Shown: positions 51,958-62,474, numbered from the stretch's first letter. The stretch is 64,000 nucleotides of DNA from Kiloniellales bacterium (GCA_028280455.1 JANQLT010000186.1:9559-73558), one strand, 5' to 3'. The notes: generated from the sequence alone by a model not told the origin. Numbers and translations: made by a program.

Positions 51958-53511
51958 TCATTTCTTCCGACCCACCACCACGGCCGCATGCCGCTCGGCG
52001 AGCCTCTTGCGAAGCACCTTGCCGCCGGCGTTCCTCGGAAGCTCGTCGACGACGATGTACTCCGCCGGCACTTTGGCGGGCGGGAGGTCCGCACGGCAAT
52101 GCTCGTTGAGAGTCCCCGCAATGTCGTCCGGTTCCGCCGTCGTTCGGAGCACGACATAGGCTGACACCTTCTGGCCAAGGACGGGATCGGGCGTGCCGAT
52201 CGCCGCCGCATCCAGGACGGCGTCGTGGGTGCTGAGCACGTTCTCGATCTCCAGAGGCGAGATGTTCAGCCCGCCACGGATGATGATCTCGGAATTGCGG
52301 CCCGACAGGTAGATGTTCCCGTCCCGGTCCATGTGGCCGATGTCTTGAGAGTAGATCCAGCCCTCGCGGACACGCTCCGCCGTCAGCGCGGGGTCGCCGA
52401 GATAGCCATGCATCATCGTCGGCCCACGCATGGTGATCTCGCCGGTTTTGCCGAGCGGGACCGGCCGTCCCTTCGAATCGCGAACGCAGACCTCGAAGCC
52501 CGGGCTGACCTTGCCGGCCGAGCCCGTCACGTGCGGCCGGTCGGCGCGCTCCACGGCCGCCCCCGGGATCTCCGTCATGCCGTAGTTCGTGATCAGAGGC
52601 GCGCCGCTGAAGGCCGCGAAGCGCTTCAAGTCGGCGTGACTGATCGGCGCCGACGCGCTGTAGGCGACACGGAGCGAGGAGAGGTCGTAGCGGTCGTTGT
52701 CCTTGAAGTTCAAGATCATCAGGGCCATGGCCGGGACGAAAGCCGCCGTCGTCACACGGTGGCGCTCGATCGCCGCCAGCGCTTCTTGCGGGCGGAAGCG
52801 CTCGATCAGAACCAGTGTCGCGCCGGCATAGATCACCGAAGCCGCGTTGAACACCAGGCCATAGATGGCATGGAACGGCAGGGCGCCGAGCGCGATGTCG
52901 TCCGGCGACAGGTGCCAGGTCTTCAAGAGGACTTCGTGCAGCGACCTTATCGACTCGCGGCTATGCACGATGGCTTTCGGACGACTGGTCGTGCCGGAAC
53001 TGAACAGGACCAGCGCCCAATCCTCCGGGTGTTGCGGCACGCCGGATGCTCGATGGCCCGGCTTGCCGCCCTGCAGGACTGTCCAACGCGCCAATGTGCC
53101 GTCCGGCTCCTCGGTCAGGACCAGCCAGGTGGCGGTCGAGTTGGGGGAGATCGATTTCCGCGCCAGTCGGCCGGCCAGCACGTGCGCCGCGCCGCTGACG
53201 CCGAGACAGTGGTCGACGTTGGCGTCGGTTCCGGTGGGGTCACCCACGACGATGGCGGCTTCAATGGAGAGCAGCGCCCAATAGGTGACGACCGATTCGA
53301 CGCAGACATCGAGCAAGACGAGGACCGGATCGCCCGGTCCGATGCCGACGTCCCGAAAGCGCTCGGCGTAGGCTCCTACCGTCGCATGCAGGTCCTCGTA
53401 GGTTAGGCTCAAGCGCTCATCGACAACGGCGATCTGCTTTGGCCGTTGGCGCGCATGCTGTCCGACGATGCTCCGGATGTCGCGCGGGTCTTTGCCTTCA
53501 TCCTTGGCCAT
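51958..53511 (-). CDS. AMP-dependent acyl-CoA synthetase/ligase
   Basis: FSSGTTSRPK AMP-binding motif, and YGMTE and GWIYSQDIG motifs. 517 aa. Confidence 0.9.
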   Translation of the reverse strand: MAKDEGKDPRDIRSIVGQHARQRPKQIAVVDERLSLTYEDLHATVGAYAERFRDVGIGPGDPVLVLLDVCVESVVTYWALLSIEAAIVVGDPTGTDANVDHCLGVSGAAHVLAGRLARKSISPNSTATWLVLTEEPDGTLARWTVLQGGKPGHRASGVPQHPEDWALVLFSSGTTSRPKAIVHSRESIRSLHEVLLKTWHLSPDDIALGALPFHAIYGLVFNAASVIYAGATLVLIERFRPQEALAAIERHRVTTAAFVPAMALMILNFKDNDRYDLSSLRVAYSASAPISHADLKRFAAFSGAPLITNYGMTEIPGAAVERADRPHVTGSAGKVSPGFEVCVRDSKGRPVPLGKTGEITMRGPTMMHGYLGDPALTAERVREGWIYSQDIGHMDRDGNIYLSGRNSEIIIRGGLNISPLEIENVLSTHDAVLDAAAIGTPDPVLGQKVSAYVVLRTTAEPDDIAGTLNEHCRADLPPAKVPAEYIVVDELPRNAGGKVLRKRLAERHAAVVVGRKK

Positions 53512-53630
53512 TCTAGACCGTCGACCTTCTGGTGCATTGGATGTGAGCAGCGATCGTCAAGACAGCGCCTCTGTCGAGCAGGGGCAGCGAGGACAAGCCA
53601 CTCATCGAGGATATCATCGGGGTGATCTAG

Positions 53631-53654
53631 AAACAAGCAGTCCTGACTGTTTTT
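53631..53654. promoter_or_regulatory. Candidate TetR operator AAACAAGCAGTCCTGACTGTTTTT
   Basis: ~120 nt upstream of the acyl-CoA ligase start. A near-identical inverted copy lies at 54651..54677. Confidence 0.5.
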
Positions 53655-53769
53655 AATTTATCGAGGCCTTCTGGCGCAGTGAGGCCTTGCCATGCTGGCG
53701 CCGGGGTTCGGATGCAAGAGGTCGCAGGCCGGCCGCGCGGAAGCTCGGTTGCGCCGAAGGCTCGGCTTG

Positions 53770-54414
53770 CTAGCGCTTCCGGCGGCGTCCCGAAGCGGCT
53801 TCGGCCTTTTCCGAAATCTGGCCCCCGAGGTGGGCTTTCCAGTAGGACACGAGAGCGTCCAAGCTCTCATGCTTGTCCTTCGTGACCGTGTGGAGACCCA
53901 TGCCGCGAAAGAGGCAGAGGGTCAGATCGAACATGGCCTGCGCGTCCGGATTCCGCAGTTCGTCGTAGACGATCGTTTGACTCCAAATCGAGCGCAAGGA
54001 TCTCTCGTACTCGCTGCGGGCCTTCTCCACGCGGCTCTTGAGGTAGGGGTTCGTGCGGGCGGCCACCAGATAGTCCAGGGTGATGGCGTAGGCGCGTCCC
54101 GTGAAGCGTGACCACATGTAGTCGAAGAAGGTGTCCAGCGTCACCTCGCCTTCGGCGTAGGTGCCGGCGACATCGCGAAGCTGCTCGACCTCCTTCTTGA
54201 GCTGGCTTTCGAAGGCCGCGCAAAACAGCTCCTCCTTGGAGGGGAAGTGATGCAGCATCGCGCCTCGGGAAACGCCGGCACGCTTGGTGATTTCCACGGT
54301 CGAGGTGTTCTGCAGTCCGAGATCGTAGATGCAGTTGAGCGTTTCCTCCAAGACGCGCCGCTTCATGCGCGACGAGCGCAGCTCGTTCTTGTTGGCGGTT
54401 GCTTTCTCACTCAT
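53770..54414 (-). CDS. TetR-family regulator
   Basis: ATG at 54414. HTH TVEITKRAGVSRGAMLHHFPSKEELF. Confidence 0.85.
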   Translation of the reverse strand: MSEKATANKNELRSSRMKRRVLEETLNCIYDLGLQNTSTVEITKRAGVSRGAMLHHFPSKEELFCAAFESQLKKEVEQLRDVAGTYAEGEVTLDTFFDYMWSRFTGRAYAITLDYLVAARTNPYLKSRVEKARSEYERSLRSIWSQTIVYDELRNPDAQAMFDLTLCLFRGMGLHTVTKDKHESLDALVSYWKAHLGGQISEKAEAASGRRRKR

Positions 54415-54650
54415 CGCTGTTCCCCGTGGCTGAGCGGTGAGGCTCTGCTTGCCTCGGCCTCGCCAGGACCGCCTGCGCGGCGCTTTCTCTCGAGGGGAGC
54501 CGGTCGGTCGCGGCCGCCGTTCCGATGGCGGAAGGGCACTGGGCACCTGGGTGCCACGACGCGACGCGGGAGCCCGACTCCGAAGGCGAAACCATGGGAA
54601 CCCCTTAGCACGTGGGAGACATAGCAGGAATCGGCGCCATGGAATCGTAT

Positions 54651-54677
54651 AAAAACAGTCATGACTGCTTGTTTTTT
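54651..54677. promoter_or_regulatory. Candidate TetR operator AAAAACAGTCATGACTGCTTGTTTTTT (core CAGTCATGACTG is a perfect palindrome)
   Basis: It lies between the divergent tetR and the Liv-type binding-protein gene. Confidence 0.5.
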
Positions 54678-54851
54678 GCGAGGTCCGGTGATACCCTTTG
54701 CCGTCGACTCATCCCGCACCGCTGGCCGGACAGCGAAATAGGTCTGCAAGCCGAGAAGGCCGAGGAGTCGAGCATTCCGGCTGTGGGGAGACGAGGGGCG
54801 TGTCTCAACGAATTGGCCTGGCGGCCACAACCGAGCTTAGGGAGGAGCACA

Positions 54852-55994
54852 ATGGCCAAACTGGGTAGGCTTTCCGCCTCTATTTTCGCATCGTCGATGC
54901 TTCTGTTGGCCAGCGCCGCTGTAGCGCAGGAGCCCGCGGAGATCGGGGTCATCCTTCCCTTGAGCGGGCCCAACGCGTCCAACGGTGCCAAGACGCTCGC
55001 CGGCGTGAACGCGGCCTTGGCGGAGATCAACGAGCTCGGTGGCGTCTTGGGCGGGCGCGAGCTCAAGCTCATCATCGAGGATACGGAATCGAAACCCCAG
55101 CCCGGGGTCGAAGCGACGCGCAAGCTCGTCGATGTGAACAAGGTGCCCTTGGTGCTTGGCGACATCTCGTCGTCCGTCACCATTCCCGCCGGCAAGTACT
55201 CGGTCGGCAAGGGCATCAACCACATCACCATCGCCGCGACCGCACAGGTCCAGCGCGAAATCGGCGATGGGCTGTTCACCATGCTGGCGACCAACGACGT
55301 CCTTGGCGTGAAGATGGCCGAGTTCGTCACGGAAGACGCCCAGCCGAACAAGGTCGCGCTGGTCTACATGAACGATCCTTTCGGTGTCGGCATGGCGCGG
55401 GCGATCGCGGGCGGCTTCAAGGGTCTCAACGTCGAGATCGTGGCCGATCTCGCGCTCGAGCCGGCGAAGACCGACTACCGGGCCGAGCTTCAGCGCCTCG
55501 TGCGCACCAACCCGGACGCCATCACGACTGTCGCCTTCGGGGAGACCGCGAGCACCATTCTCAAGCAGGCCTTCGAGCTGGGGGTCTTGGAGCGGGCGAA
55601 GGGCAAGTGGTACCAAACCTATGTCGGTGCCGGCACGTCGAAGTGCATTCCCGAGGTTTGCGAAGGCGTCAAAGGGCTCGATATTACGGCCGAGCCTGGC
55701 ACGCGCTACGACAGCGTCATCCAGAAGATCGCCGAAACGTCCGGGCCGGACGTCGATCTCGATTGGTTCTCGTCGGTGGGATACGATTCCGTCTGGGTCG
55801 CTGCTCTGTCGCTGAACCTGGCGAACTCGATGGAGCCGGAGAAGATCCGTGCCGCGATCCCGAAGGCCATGGAGATCTATCGTGGCGTGACCAAGTCGGA
55901 CTTCTCGGTCGATTCGGACGGCATTCAGATCAGTCAGCGCTATGGCCGCAAGATCTATAGGAACGGAAAGCTGGAAGAGTACGTCGCCGAATAA
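54852..55994 (+). CDS. Periplasmic binding protein, LivK/branched-chain amino-acid (type I PBP) family
   Basis: ATG at 54852. Signal peptide MAKLGRLSASIFASSMLLLASAAVAQ, then IGVILPLSGPNASNG. Confidence 0.88.
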   Translation: MAKLGRLSASIFASSMLLLASAAVAQEPAEIGVILPLSGPNASNGAKTLAGVNAALAEINELGGVLGGRELKLIIEDTESKPQPGVEATRKLVDVNKVPLVLGDISSSVTIPAGKYSVGKGINHITIAATAQVQREIGDGLFTMLATNDVLGVKMAEFVTEDAQPNKVALVYMNDPFGVGMARAIAGGFKGLNVEIVADLALEPAKTDYRAELQRLVRTNPDAITTVAFGETASTILKQAFELGVLERAKGKWYQTYVGAGTSKCIPEVCEGVKGLDITAEPGTRYDSVIQKIAETSGPDVDLDWFSSVGYDSVWVAALSLNLANSMEPEKIRAAIPKAMEIYRGVTKSDFSVDSDGIQISQRYGRKIYRNGKLEEYVAE

Positions 55995-56021
55995 CCTCCC
56001 TGTCGACCAAGACGCCCTCTC

Positions 56022-56066
56022 GCCGCCGCAAGACTCTCCGTCTCGGAGACTTGCGGCGGCCTTTTG
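56022..56066 (+). terminator. Intercistronic stem-loop with T-tract (attenuator/terminator after the binding-protein gene)
   Basis: GCCGCCGCAAG...CTTGCGGCGGC encloses TCTCCG/CGGAGA and is followed by CTTTTG. Confidence 0.45.
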
Positions 56067-56087
56067 CCTGAGGTCGGCTTAGCGGCG

Positions 56088-56996
56088 ATGCTGGAACAGA
56101 TCCTCCTGAACACCCTGATCCGGGGCTCCGAGATCGCTTCCCTGGCGATCGGCGTCACGATCCTCTTCTCCCTGCTGCGCTTCGCCAACTTCATGCATGG
56201 CGAGCTGGCCGCGCTCGGGGCCTACTTCACCTACGTCTTCGTATCCGTCTTCGGTCTCAACGTCTGGGTCGCGGCGGTCTTCGGCGCCGCTCTCGGCGGG
56301 CTGGTCGGCCTGGGGGGCGATGCCGTGGTCTTCCGTCGATTGCGAACCTCGCCGGGGGTGGTCCTGCTGGTCGCTTCGCTCGGACTATCGATCCTCTATC
56401 GCGCCGTCATATCCGGCGTATGGGGAGTCGAGGGACTGCGATACAGCGACTCGGTCGAAACGCTCTATTGGATCGGCGACGCGGTGATCACGCACACCCA
56501 GATCGTCATCGCCATCGTCTCCCTCGTGGCCATGGCGTCCTTCTACGTCCTGCTGAACCACACGCAGCTCGGCCGCGCGATGCGCGCCATGTCGGACAAC
56601 ATGGAGCTCGCCAAGGCCCACGGCGTTCCGGTGGAAAGGACGATCCGCTGGATCTGGTTCATCGTCGGCAGCTACGCCGCGCTCGGCGGCACGCTCATCG
56701 CGATGGACACGCAGCTATGGCCGGAGATGGGCGTGCACATCATTCTGATCGTGTTCGCGGCCACGATCCTCGGCGGTATCGGCAACGTCTACGGCGCCGT
56801 GATCGGCTCCTTCCTGATCGCCTTCCTCGAGAACGCCTCGCTGGCGATCGACTGGGGATTCCTCTTGGCGCCCTTCGGTATCGATGCCTCCCTCTTCGTT
56901 CCGACCGGCTACAAGTTCGCCGTCTCCTTCGTCGCCTTGATCGTCATCTTAATCGTTCTCCCGAGAGGGATCATGCGGGGCTCGGAAGGGGACTAG
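56088..56996 (+). CDS. livH: Branched-chain amino-acid-type ABC permease (LivH family)
   Basis: ATG at 56088 (MLEQILLNTLIRGS...). Polytopic. Confidence 0.88.
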   Translation: MLEQILLNTLIRGSEIASLAIGVTILFSLLRFANFMHGELAALGAYFTYVFVSVFGLNVWVAAVFGAALGGLVGLGGDAVVFRRLRTSPGVVLLVASLGLSILYRAVISGVWGVEGLRYSDSVETLYWIGDAVITHTQIVIAIVSLVAMASFYVLLNHTQLGRAMRAMSDNMELAKAHGVPVERTIRWIWFIVGSYAALGGTLIAMDTQLWPEMGVHIILIVFAATILGGIGNVYGAVIGSFLIAFLENASLAIDWGFLLAPFGIDASLFVPTGYKFAVSFVALIVILIVLPRGIMRGSEGD

Positions 56997-57000
56997 GGTC

Positions 57001-57888
57001 TTGATCGAGCTTTCGCTCTACCTCGGCACGCTGATCGCGATCTATGCCATCATGGCGCTGGCTCTGAACATCCAGTACGGCTTCGCCGGCCTGCTGAATT
57101 TCGGACTGGTCGCCTTCTTCGCCATCAGCGCCTATGCCTCGGCGATCATGTCGCTGAACGGCGTGCCGATCCTGCTCTCCATGCTTCTGGCCATCCTGAT
57201 ATCGGCGGTAGCGGGCGGCCTGATCGCCATCCCGACCATGAACCTGGCGGTGCACTACTGGGCCATCGTGACGATCTCGATCGCCGAGCTGGTGCGCGTG
57301 ATCATCCAGAACGAGGAGTGGCTCACGGCCGGGACCTATGGACTGGGCGACATTCCGCAGCCGCTGGCCTCGAGCATTCCGCAAGACCTCTATCCTTGGT
57401 TCTTCCTCGGCCTCACCTTGGCCGCCTTGCTTGTCTGCTACATCGTCTCCTCGATCATCGTGAGCTCCCCCTACGGACGGGTGCTCAAGGTGATCCGCGA
57501 AGACGAGGACTATGCCCAGTCGCTCGGCAAGGACGTGCCGAAGTTCAAGCTCTGGACGATGGTGGTCGGCGCGGCGATGACCGGGCTGGCGGGCGCGCTC
57601 TACGCCCATTTCACGACCTATCTCCATCCGCAGGTCTTCGAGCCCATCGTCACCTTCATCATCTGGGCCGCGGTGATCCTGGGCGGCAAGGGCAACCTCA
57701 AGGGCGGGATACTCGGCGCCTTCGTGATCGTTCTCCTCTACAGCAGCACGCGCTTCATCGGGGACTACGTCGATCTCTCGGCGACGACGATCGCCAGCAT
57801 CAGGCTGGCCGCCATCGGCCTGCTGATCACGACCATCGTGATTGTGCGGCCCAACGGCCTGCTGCCCGAGAAGAAGAAGGTCTTCTAG
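57001..57888 (+). CDS. livM: Branched-chain amino-acid-type ABC permease (LivM family)
   Basis: Polytopic, 295 aa. TTG start, so the exact start is uncertain. Confidence 0.85.
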   Translation: MIELSLYLGTLIAIYAIMALALNIQYGFAGLLNFGLVAFFAISAYASAIMSLNGVPILLSMLLAILISAVAGGLIAIPTMNLAVHYWAIVTISIAELVRVIIQNEEWLTAGTYGLGDIPQPLASSIPQDLYPWFFLGLTLAALLVCYIVSSIIVSSPYGRVLKVIREDEDYAQSLGKDVPKFKLWTMVVGAAMTGLAGALYAHFTTYLHPQVFEPIVTFIIWAAVILGGKGNLKGGILGAFVIVLLYSSTRFIGDYVDLSATTIASIRLAAIGLLITTIVIVRPNGLLPEKKKVF

Positions 57889-57890
57889 AC

Positions 57891-58664
57891 ATGCCGGGGG
57901 ACCGGATCCTCGAGGTGCGCGGTCTGTCGAAGTCCTTCCGAGGCGTCAGGGCGCTTCAGGACGTGAGTCTCTCGGTCGAGGAGGGCCAGATCGTCGGGCT
58001 TATCGGCCCCAACGGCTCGGGCAAGTCGACGGCGCTCAACTGCATCTCGGGATTCATCAAGCCAGACGACGGCGCGGTGACCTTCAGGGGCCAAGACATA
58101 ACCGGGAGCCGGCCGTCGCGCATCGCAAACCTCGGCATCATGCGGACCTTTCAGGTCACCAAGCTGGCGCGGCGGATGACGCTGCTCGAGAACCTCCTGC
58201 TGGGTGCACAGTCCGCGCAGGACGAGAGCTTGACGTCGTCCTTTCTTCGCGGCGGCCGCTATCGGGCGAGGCAGCCGGCCCTGCTGGAGCGAGCCCGCAG
58301 CCTGCTCGACAGCGTGAAGCTGTCGCACCTGGAGAACGACTACGTCGCCGTGCTTTCGGGCGGACAGCAGCGCCTGCTGTCGATCGCGCTGGTTCTGATC
58401 CGCGATCCCGACGTTGTCCTGCTCGATGAGCCCGCGGCGGGCGTTCACCCTACGTTGGTCGAGCAGTTCATCGAGACCATAGCGGACATCAGGCGGGAGA
58501 GCGGCAAGTCCTTTCTCATCATCGAGCACAACATGCATTTCATCAGCAGCGTGAGCGATGAGATCGTCGTTCTGGACGCGGGCATGAACCTGGCGTCCGG
58601 CTCGCCCGAGATGATCCACAACGATCCGAAGGTCCTGGAGGTATACCTTGGCAAGCAGCAGTAA
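57891..58664 (+). CDS. livG: ABC ATPase (LivG family)
   Basis: ATG at 57891. Walker A GPNGSGKST, signature LSGGQQRLLSIAL, Walker B VLLDEPAAG. Confidence 0.9.
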   Translation: MPGDRILEVRGLSKSFRGVRALQDVSLSVEEGQIVGLIGPNGSGKSTALNCISGFIKPDDGAVTFRGQDITGSRPSRIANLGIMRTFQVTKLARRMTLLENLLLGAQSAQDESLTSSFLRGGRYRARQPALLERARSLLDSVKLSHLENDYVAVLSGGQQRLLSIALVLIRDPDVVLLDEPAAGVHPTLVEQFIETIADIRRESGKSFLIIEHNMHFISSVSDEIVVLDAGMNLASGSPEMIHNDPKVLEVYLGKQQ

Positions 58665-59406
58665 GGTCCTCGAGGTATCGGGGCTCGAGGCGGGCTATGG
58701 CTCGCTCGAGATCCTGCATGGCGTCGATCTGCATGTCGCCAATGAGGAAATCGTCTCGATCATCGGGCCGAACGGCTGCGGCAAGTCGACCGTCCTGCGC
58801 GCCGTCATGAGCCTTACGGATTGGTCGCGCGGCAGGATCCTCTTCGCGGGCCAAGATATCGCCGGAACCGAGACCAGCAAGATCGTCGCCTCCGGAATCG
58901 GCTATGTGCCGCAGCTCGAGAACATCTTCGCGGCCATGAACGTGACCGAGAACCTGCAACTGGGCGGCTACCTGCTTTCCAGAAGCGACCGCGCGGCGCA
59001 GGTCGAGGCGATGTTCGAGCTGTTTCCGATCTTCAAGGAACGGCGGTCCCAGGCGGCCGGCACCATGAGCGGCGGAGAGCGCCAGACCCTGGCCTTGGCG
59101 ATGGCCTTGATGACCTCTCCGAAGCTCGTCTTGCTGGACGAGCCTTCGGCGGGCTTGTCGCCGATGGCGACGAGCGAGATGTACGAGAGCATCGTCGATC
59201 TGCCCAATCGGACGGGCAGCGCCATTCTGATCGTCGAGCAGGATGTGCACGGCGTCCTGGAGATCTCCTCCAGGACCTACGTCATGAAGATGGGCGAGAA
59301 CGACTTCGATGCGCCGTCCGACACCATCTGGGACGACGACCGGGTCCGGCTCGCCTACCTCGGAAACATCGGCGATGACGCTTCCAAGCCTCCGGCGGTG
59401 CAATGA
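58648..59406 (+). CDS. livF: ABC ATPase (LivF family)
   Basis: Walker A GPNGCGKST, signature MSGGERQTLALAM, Walker B VLLDEPSAGL. TTG start. Confidence 0.9.
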   Translation: MASSSKVLEVSGLEAGYGSLEILHGVDLHVANEEIVSIIGPNGCGKSTVLRAVMSLTDWSRGRILFAGQDIAGTETSKIVASGIGYVPQLENIFAAMNVTENLQLGGYLLSRSDRAAQVEAMFELFPIFKERRSQAAGTMSGGERQTLALAMALMTSPKLVLLDEPSAGLSPMATSEMYESIVDLPNRTGSAILIVEQDVHGVLEISSRTYVMKMGENDFDAPSDTIWDDDRVRLAYLGNIGDDASKPPAVQ

Positions 59407-59457
59407 CGCCTCTGTAGGTCACGCCTTTTTGGCAACTTGGCTAAGGAATGAGGACCT

Positions 59458-60381
59458 ATGCCGTACTCGGAGAACTTCAGGCCGCCCTATCTGGACGAGG
59501 CGACGGTTCGCCGGCATCTGACGATGCCGGCGCTCATCGATGCGATGAGCGAGACGCTCAAGTCCTATTCCGAAAGGAAGATCATTCAGCCGAACCGGAG
59601 GATGCTGCCGGTCAAGGCGGGCGGCGGGTTCATAGGCTCGATGTTCGCGGTCGGCGAGCACGTCGGCGTGAAGCTGATCAGCTTCTTTCCGGACAATGCG
59701 AAACACGACATGCCCACCCACCTCGGCATCATTCACCTCTTCGATCCGCTGACCGGCCATCTCCTGGTCAGCATGGATGGCCGCCTCATCACGGAGACGC
59801 GCACCGCCGCCGTGACCGCCGCCGCCCTGAGAGCCTTGGACTTGAGCCGGGCCAAGACCTTGGCCGTCCTGGGCACCGGCGTGCAGGCGACCGTACATCT
59901 CGAAGCGCTGAGCCACGTCAAGACATTCGAGAAGGTCTGCGTCTGGGGCCGAACGCCGGAGAAGGTCGCGGCTTTCGCCGAGCGAACCGGGGCGGTGGCG
60001 ATGTCGGCCGAGGAGGCCGTCCGGCAGGCGGATGTCGTGATAACGACGACCTCGAGCAAGCAGCCGGTTCTGGAGGGCGCCTGGCTGAAGCCCGGTGCGC
60101 TCGTCGCCGCCGTCGGCTGGAACTCCGTCGACGGGCGCGAGCTGGACGACGATGCCATGCGGCACAAGGTCCTGGTCGAGTGCCGCAGCGCGGCGGCGGA
60201 CGAGGCCGGCAACATCAGGGGCTCGAAGGCGGAGATCTTCGCGGAGGTCGGCGAGATCATCGCTGGGAGCAAGACCTGCCCGCCCGGCGAGACCGTGATC
60301 TTCGACTCCATCGGCATCGCCTGCGAAGACGTGGCGGCCGCCACGCTCGTCTGGAACAGCTACCAGGCTGTCGACGCCTAG
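59458..60381 (+). CDS. Ornithine cyclodeaminase / mu-crystallin family enzyme
   Basis: 307 aa with Rossmann motif LAVLGTGVQA and family-typical ...ITETRTAAVTAAA.... Confidence 0.88.
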   Translation: MPYSENFRPPYLDEATVRRHLTMPALIDAMSETLKSYSERKIIQPNRRMLPVKAGGGFIGSMFAVGEHVGVKLISFFPDNAKHDMPTHLGIIHLFDPLTGHLLVSMDGRLITETRTAAVTAAALRALDLSRAKTLAVLGTGVQATVHLEALSHVKTFEKVCVWGRTPEKVAAFAERTGAVAMSAEEAVRQADVVITTTSSKQPVLEGAWLKPGALVAAVGWNSVDGRELDDDAMRHKVLVECRSAAADEAGNIRGSKAEIFAEVGEIIAGSKTCPPGETVIFDSIGIACEDVAAATLVWNSYQAVDA

Positions 60382-60682
60382 GGGCGTTCGAGGCGCTGAT
60401 GGAGCCGGGTGCCGGGCCCGAGTCCTGCCCCTGAAACCAATCGTTTCAACGCCCCGGCCCCGGCACGCCGGGGTGTTCTTCGTGCCTGGATGGTGGAACC
60501 CCATGGCCTTCTCGGCCCCTTTCGGCGCCTGAAACAAAGTCGTTACACGGCTGTAGGACTGGGAAACAACGAGGCAACCCGCGGCCTTTAGACCGGCGTC
60601 ACTGTTCAGGCGCCGAGGGCTCGATCCTGCCGATCGATCCGGGCCGGCGTCGTAGCGCTTCACCGCGACGGGGGTTGAAACC

Positions 60683-62449
60683 ATGACCAAGATCTCCAAC
60701 AGGCCGCAGCCGACGACGCCGTCCGCTCCCGGCCGGCCCGCCTCATCGGATAGCTGGGCCGCGCGCCTGTCGGCGGCTATGGGCGCCCTGCGCCGCGCCG
60801 TCTTCGGGCTCGGGGCCTTCAGCCTGGTGATCAACCTGCTGATGCTGGCCGGCCCGCTCTACATGCTGCAGATCTACGACCGCGTGCTGACCAGCCGCAG
60901 CGAGCCGACGCTGATCGTCATCAGCCTGCTCCTGGTCGGCCTCTACGGTTTCATGGCGGCGCTGGAGATCATCCGCTCGCGCGTGCTGGTGCGCCTCGGC
61001 GTCGGTCTCGACCGGGACCTCGGCAGCAGCGTCTTCGAGGCCGGCCTCCGGGCCTCGCTCGGCGGCGCGGCGGGGGCCACGGCCGCCGCGCCCCGCGATC
61101 TGGACACGCTCCGGCAGTTCTTCGCCGGACCGGGGCCGGCCGCCGTCTTCGATGCGCCCTGGGTGCCGATCTACCTGGCGGTGGTCTTCCTGTTTCATCC
61201 CCTGCTGGGCTTCGTCGCGCTTACCGGCATGCTCGTCCTGGCGACCATCGCCCTGTTCAACAGCCTCTCGACCCATCGCCCCATGGTCGCCTCCAGCGAC
61301 GCCTCGCGCGAGGCCGCCGGCCTGGCGGAAGCGGGGCGGCGCAACATCGAGGCCCTGGCCGCGATGGGCATGATGTCGGCCATGATCCGGCGCTGGCGCG
61401 AACACCAGGACGCCTCTGTCCGGAGCCAGGCCGTCGCCAGCGACCGCGCCGGCACCTTCACGACGCTGTCCAAGACCTTCCGCCTGTTCCTGCAGTCGGC
61501 CATGCTGGGCGTCGGCGCCTGGCTCGCGCTCCAGCAGGAGGTCAGCCCCGGCGTCATGATCGCCGCCTCGATCATCGCCGGCCGCGCGCTGGCGCCCGTC
61601 GAGCAGATCATCGCCCAGTACCGCCAGTTCGGCCGGGCCCGGCTCGCCTACAAGCGGCTCAAGGCCCTGCTCGGCATGATCCCGGAGGCCGGCGAGGTCC
61701 TGACCCTGCCGAAGCCGAGCGGTTGCTTGAGCGTCAATGGCCTGGCCGTCGGGGCGCCGGACAGCGGCAAGCCGCTGATCGCCGGAATCGACTTCGCCGT
61801 CGAGCCGGGCGAGGCGGTCGCCGTGATCGGCCCCAGCTCGTCCGGCAAGTCGAGCCTGGCCCGCACGCTGGTCGGCGTCTGGCCGGCGGCCGGCGGCGCG
61901 GTGCGGATCGACGGCGCGACTCTCGATCAGTGGACGGCCGAGGACCGCGGCCGCTACCTCGGCTACCTGCCGCAGGACGTCGAGCTCTTCGACGGCACGG
62001 TGGCGGAGAACATCCGCCGCATGAGCGAGGAGGAGAACGACGAGGCGGTCGTCGCCGCGGCCGAGGCCGCCGGTCTCGACCGGGTCATCCGCAGCCTGCC
62101 CGAAGGCTACCAGACCCGCGTCGGGCCGTCGGGCGCCAAGCTGTCGGGCGGCATGCGCCAGCGCATCGGCCTGGCCCGCGCGCTCTACGGCCAGCCGGCC
62201 GTGGTCGTGCTCGACGAGCCCAACGCGCATTTGGATCATTCGGGCGAGCAGGCCTTGGCCAAGGCGATCGAAACCGGCAAGGGCCGGGGCCAGACCTTCG
62301 TCATCGTCGCCCATCGGCCGGGCGTGGTCGGCTCGACCGACAAGATCCTGATCCTCGAGAACGGCCGCCAGCGCGCCTTCGGGCCGCGCGAGGAGATCCT
62401 CAACAACGTGGTCTCCGTGGCCGATCCCTCCAAACCGCTCGCCGCCTGA
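60683..62449 (+). CDS. Type I secretion system ABC transporter (PrtD/HasD family; no peptidase domain)
   Basis: TMD begins LVINLLMLAGPLYMLQIYDRVL (typical of the PrtD family). Walker A GPSSSGKSS, signature LSGGMRQRIGLARAL, Walker B VVLDEPNAHLD. Confidence 0.9.
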   Translation: MTKISNRPQPTTPSAPGRPASSDSWAARLSAAMGALRRAVFGLGAFSLVINLLMLAGPLYMLQIYDRVLTSRSEPTLIVISLLLVGLYGFMAALEIIRSRVLVRLGVGLDRDLGSSVFEAGLRASLGGAAGATAAAPRDLDTLRQFFAGPGPAAVFDAPWVPIYLAVVFLFHPLLGFVALTGMLVLATIALFNSLSTHRPMVASSDASREAAGLAEAGRRNIEALAAMGMMSAMIRRWREHQDASVRSQAVASDRAGTFTTLSKTFRLFLQSAMLGVGAWLALQQEVSPGVMIAASIIAGRALAPVEQIIAQYRQFGRARLAYKRLKALLGMIPEAGEVLTLPKPSGCLSVNGLAVGAPDSGKPLIAGIDFAVEPGEAVAVIGPSSSGKSSLARTLVGVWPAAGGAVRIDGATLDQWTAEDRGRYLGYLPQDVELFDGTVAENIRRMSEEENDEAVVAAAEAAGLDRVIRSLPEGYQTRVGPSGAKLSGGMRQRIGLARALYGQPAVVVLDEPNAHLDHSGEQALAKAIETGKGRGQTFVIVAHRPGVVGSTDKILILENGRQRAFGPREEILNNVVSVADPSKPLAA

Positions 62450-62474
62450 GACGGCGCTCAGCAGGAGCAAGACC

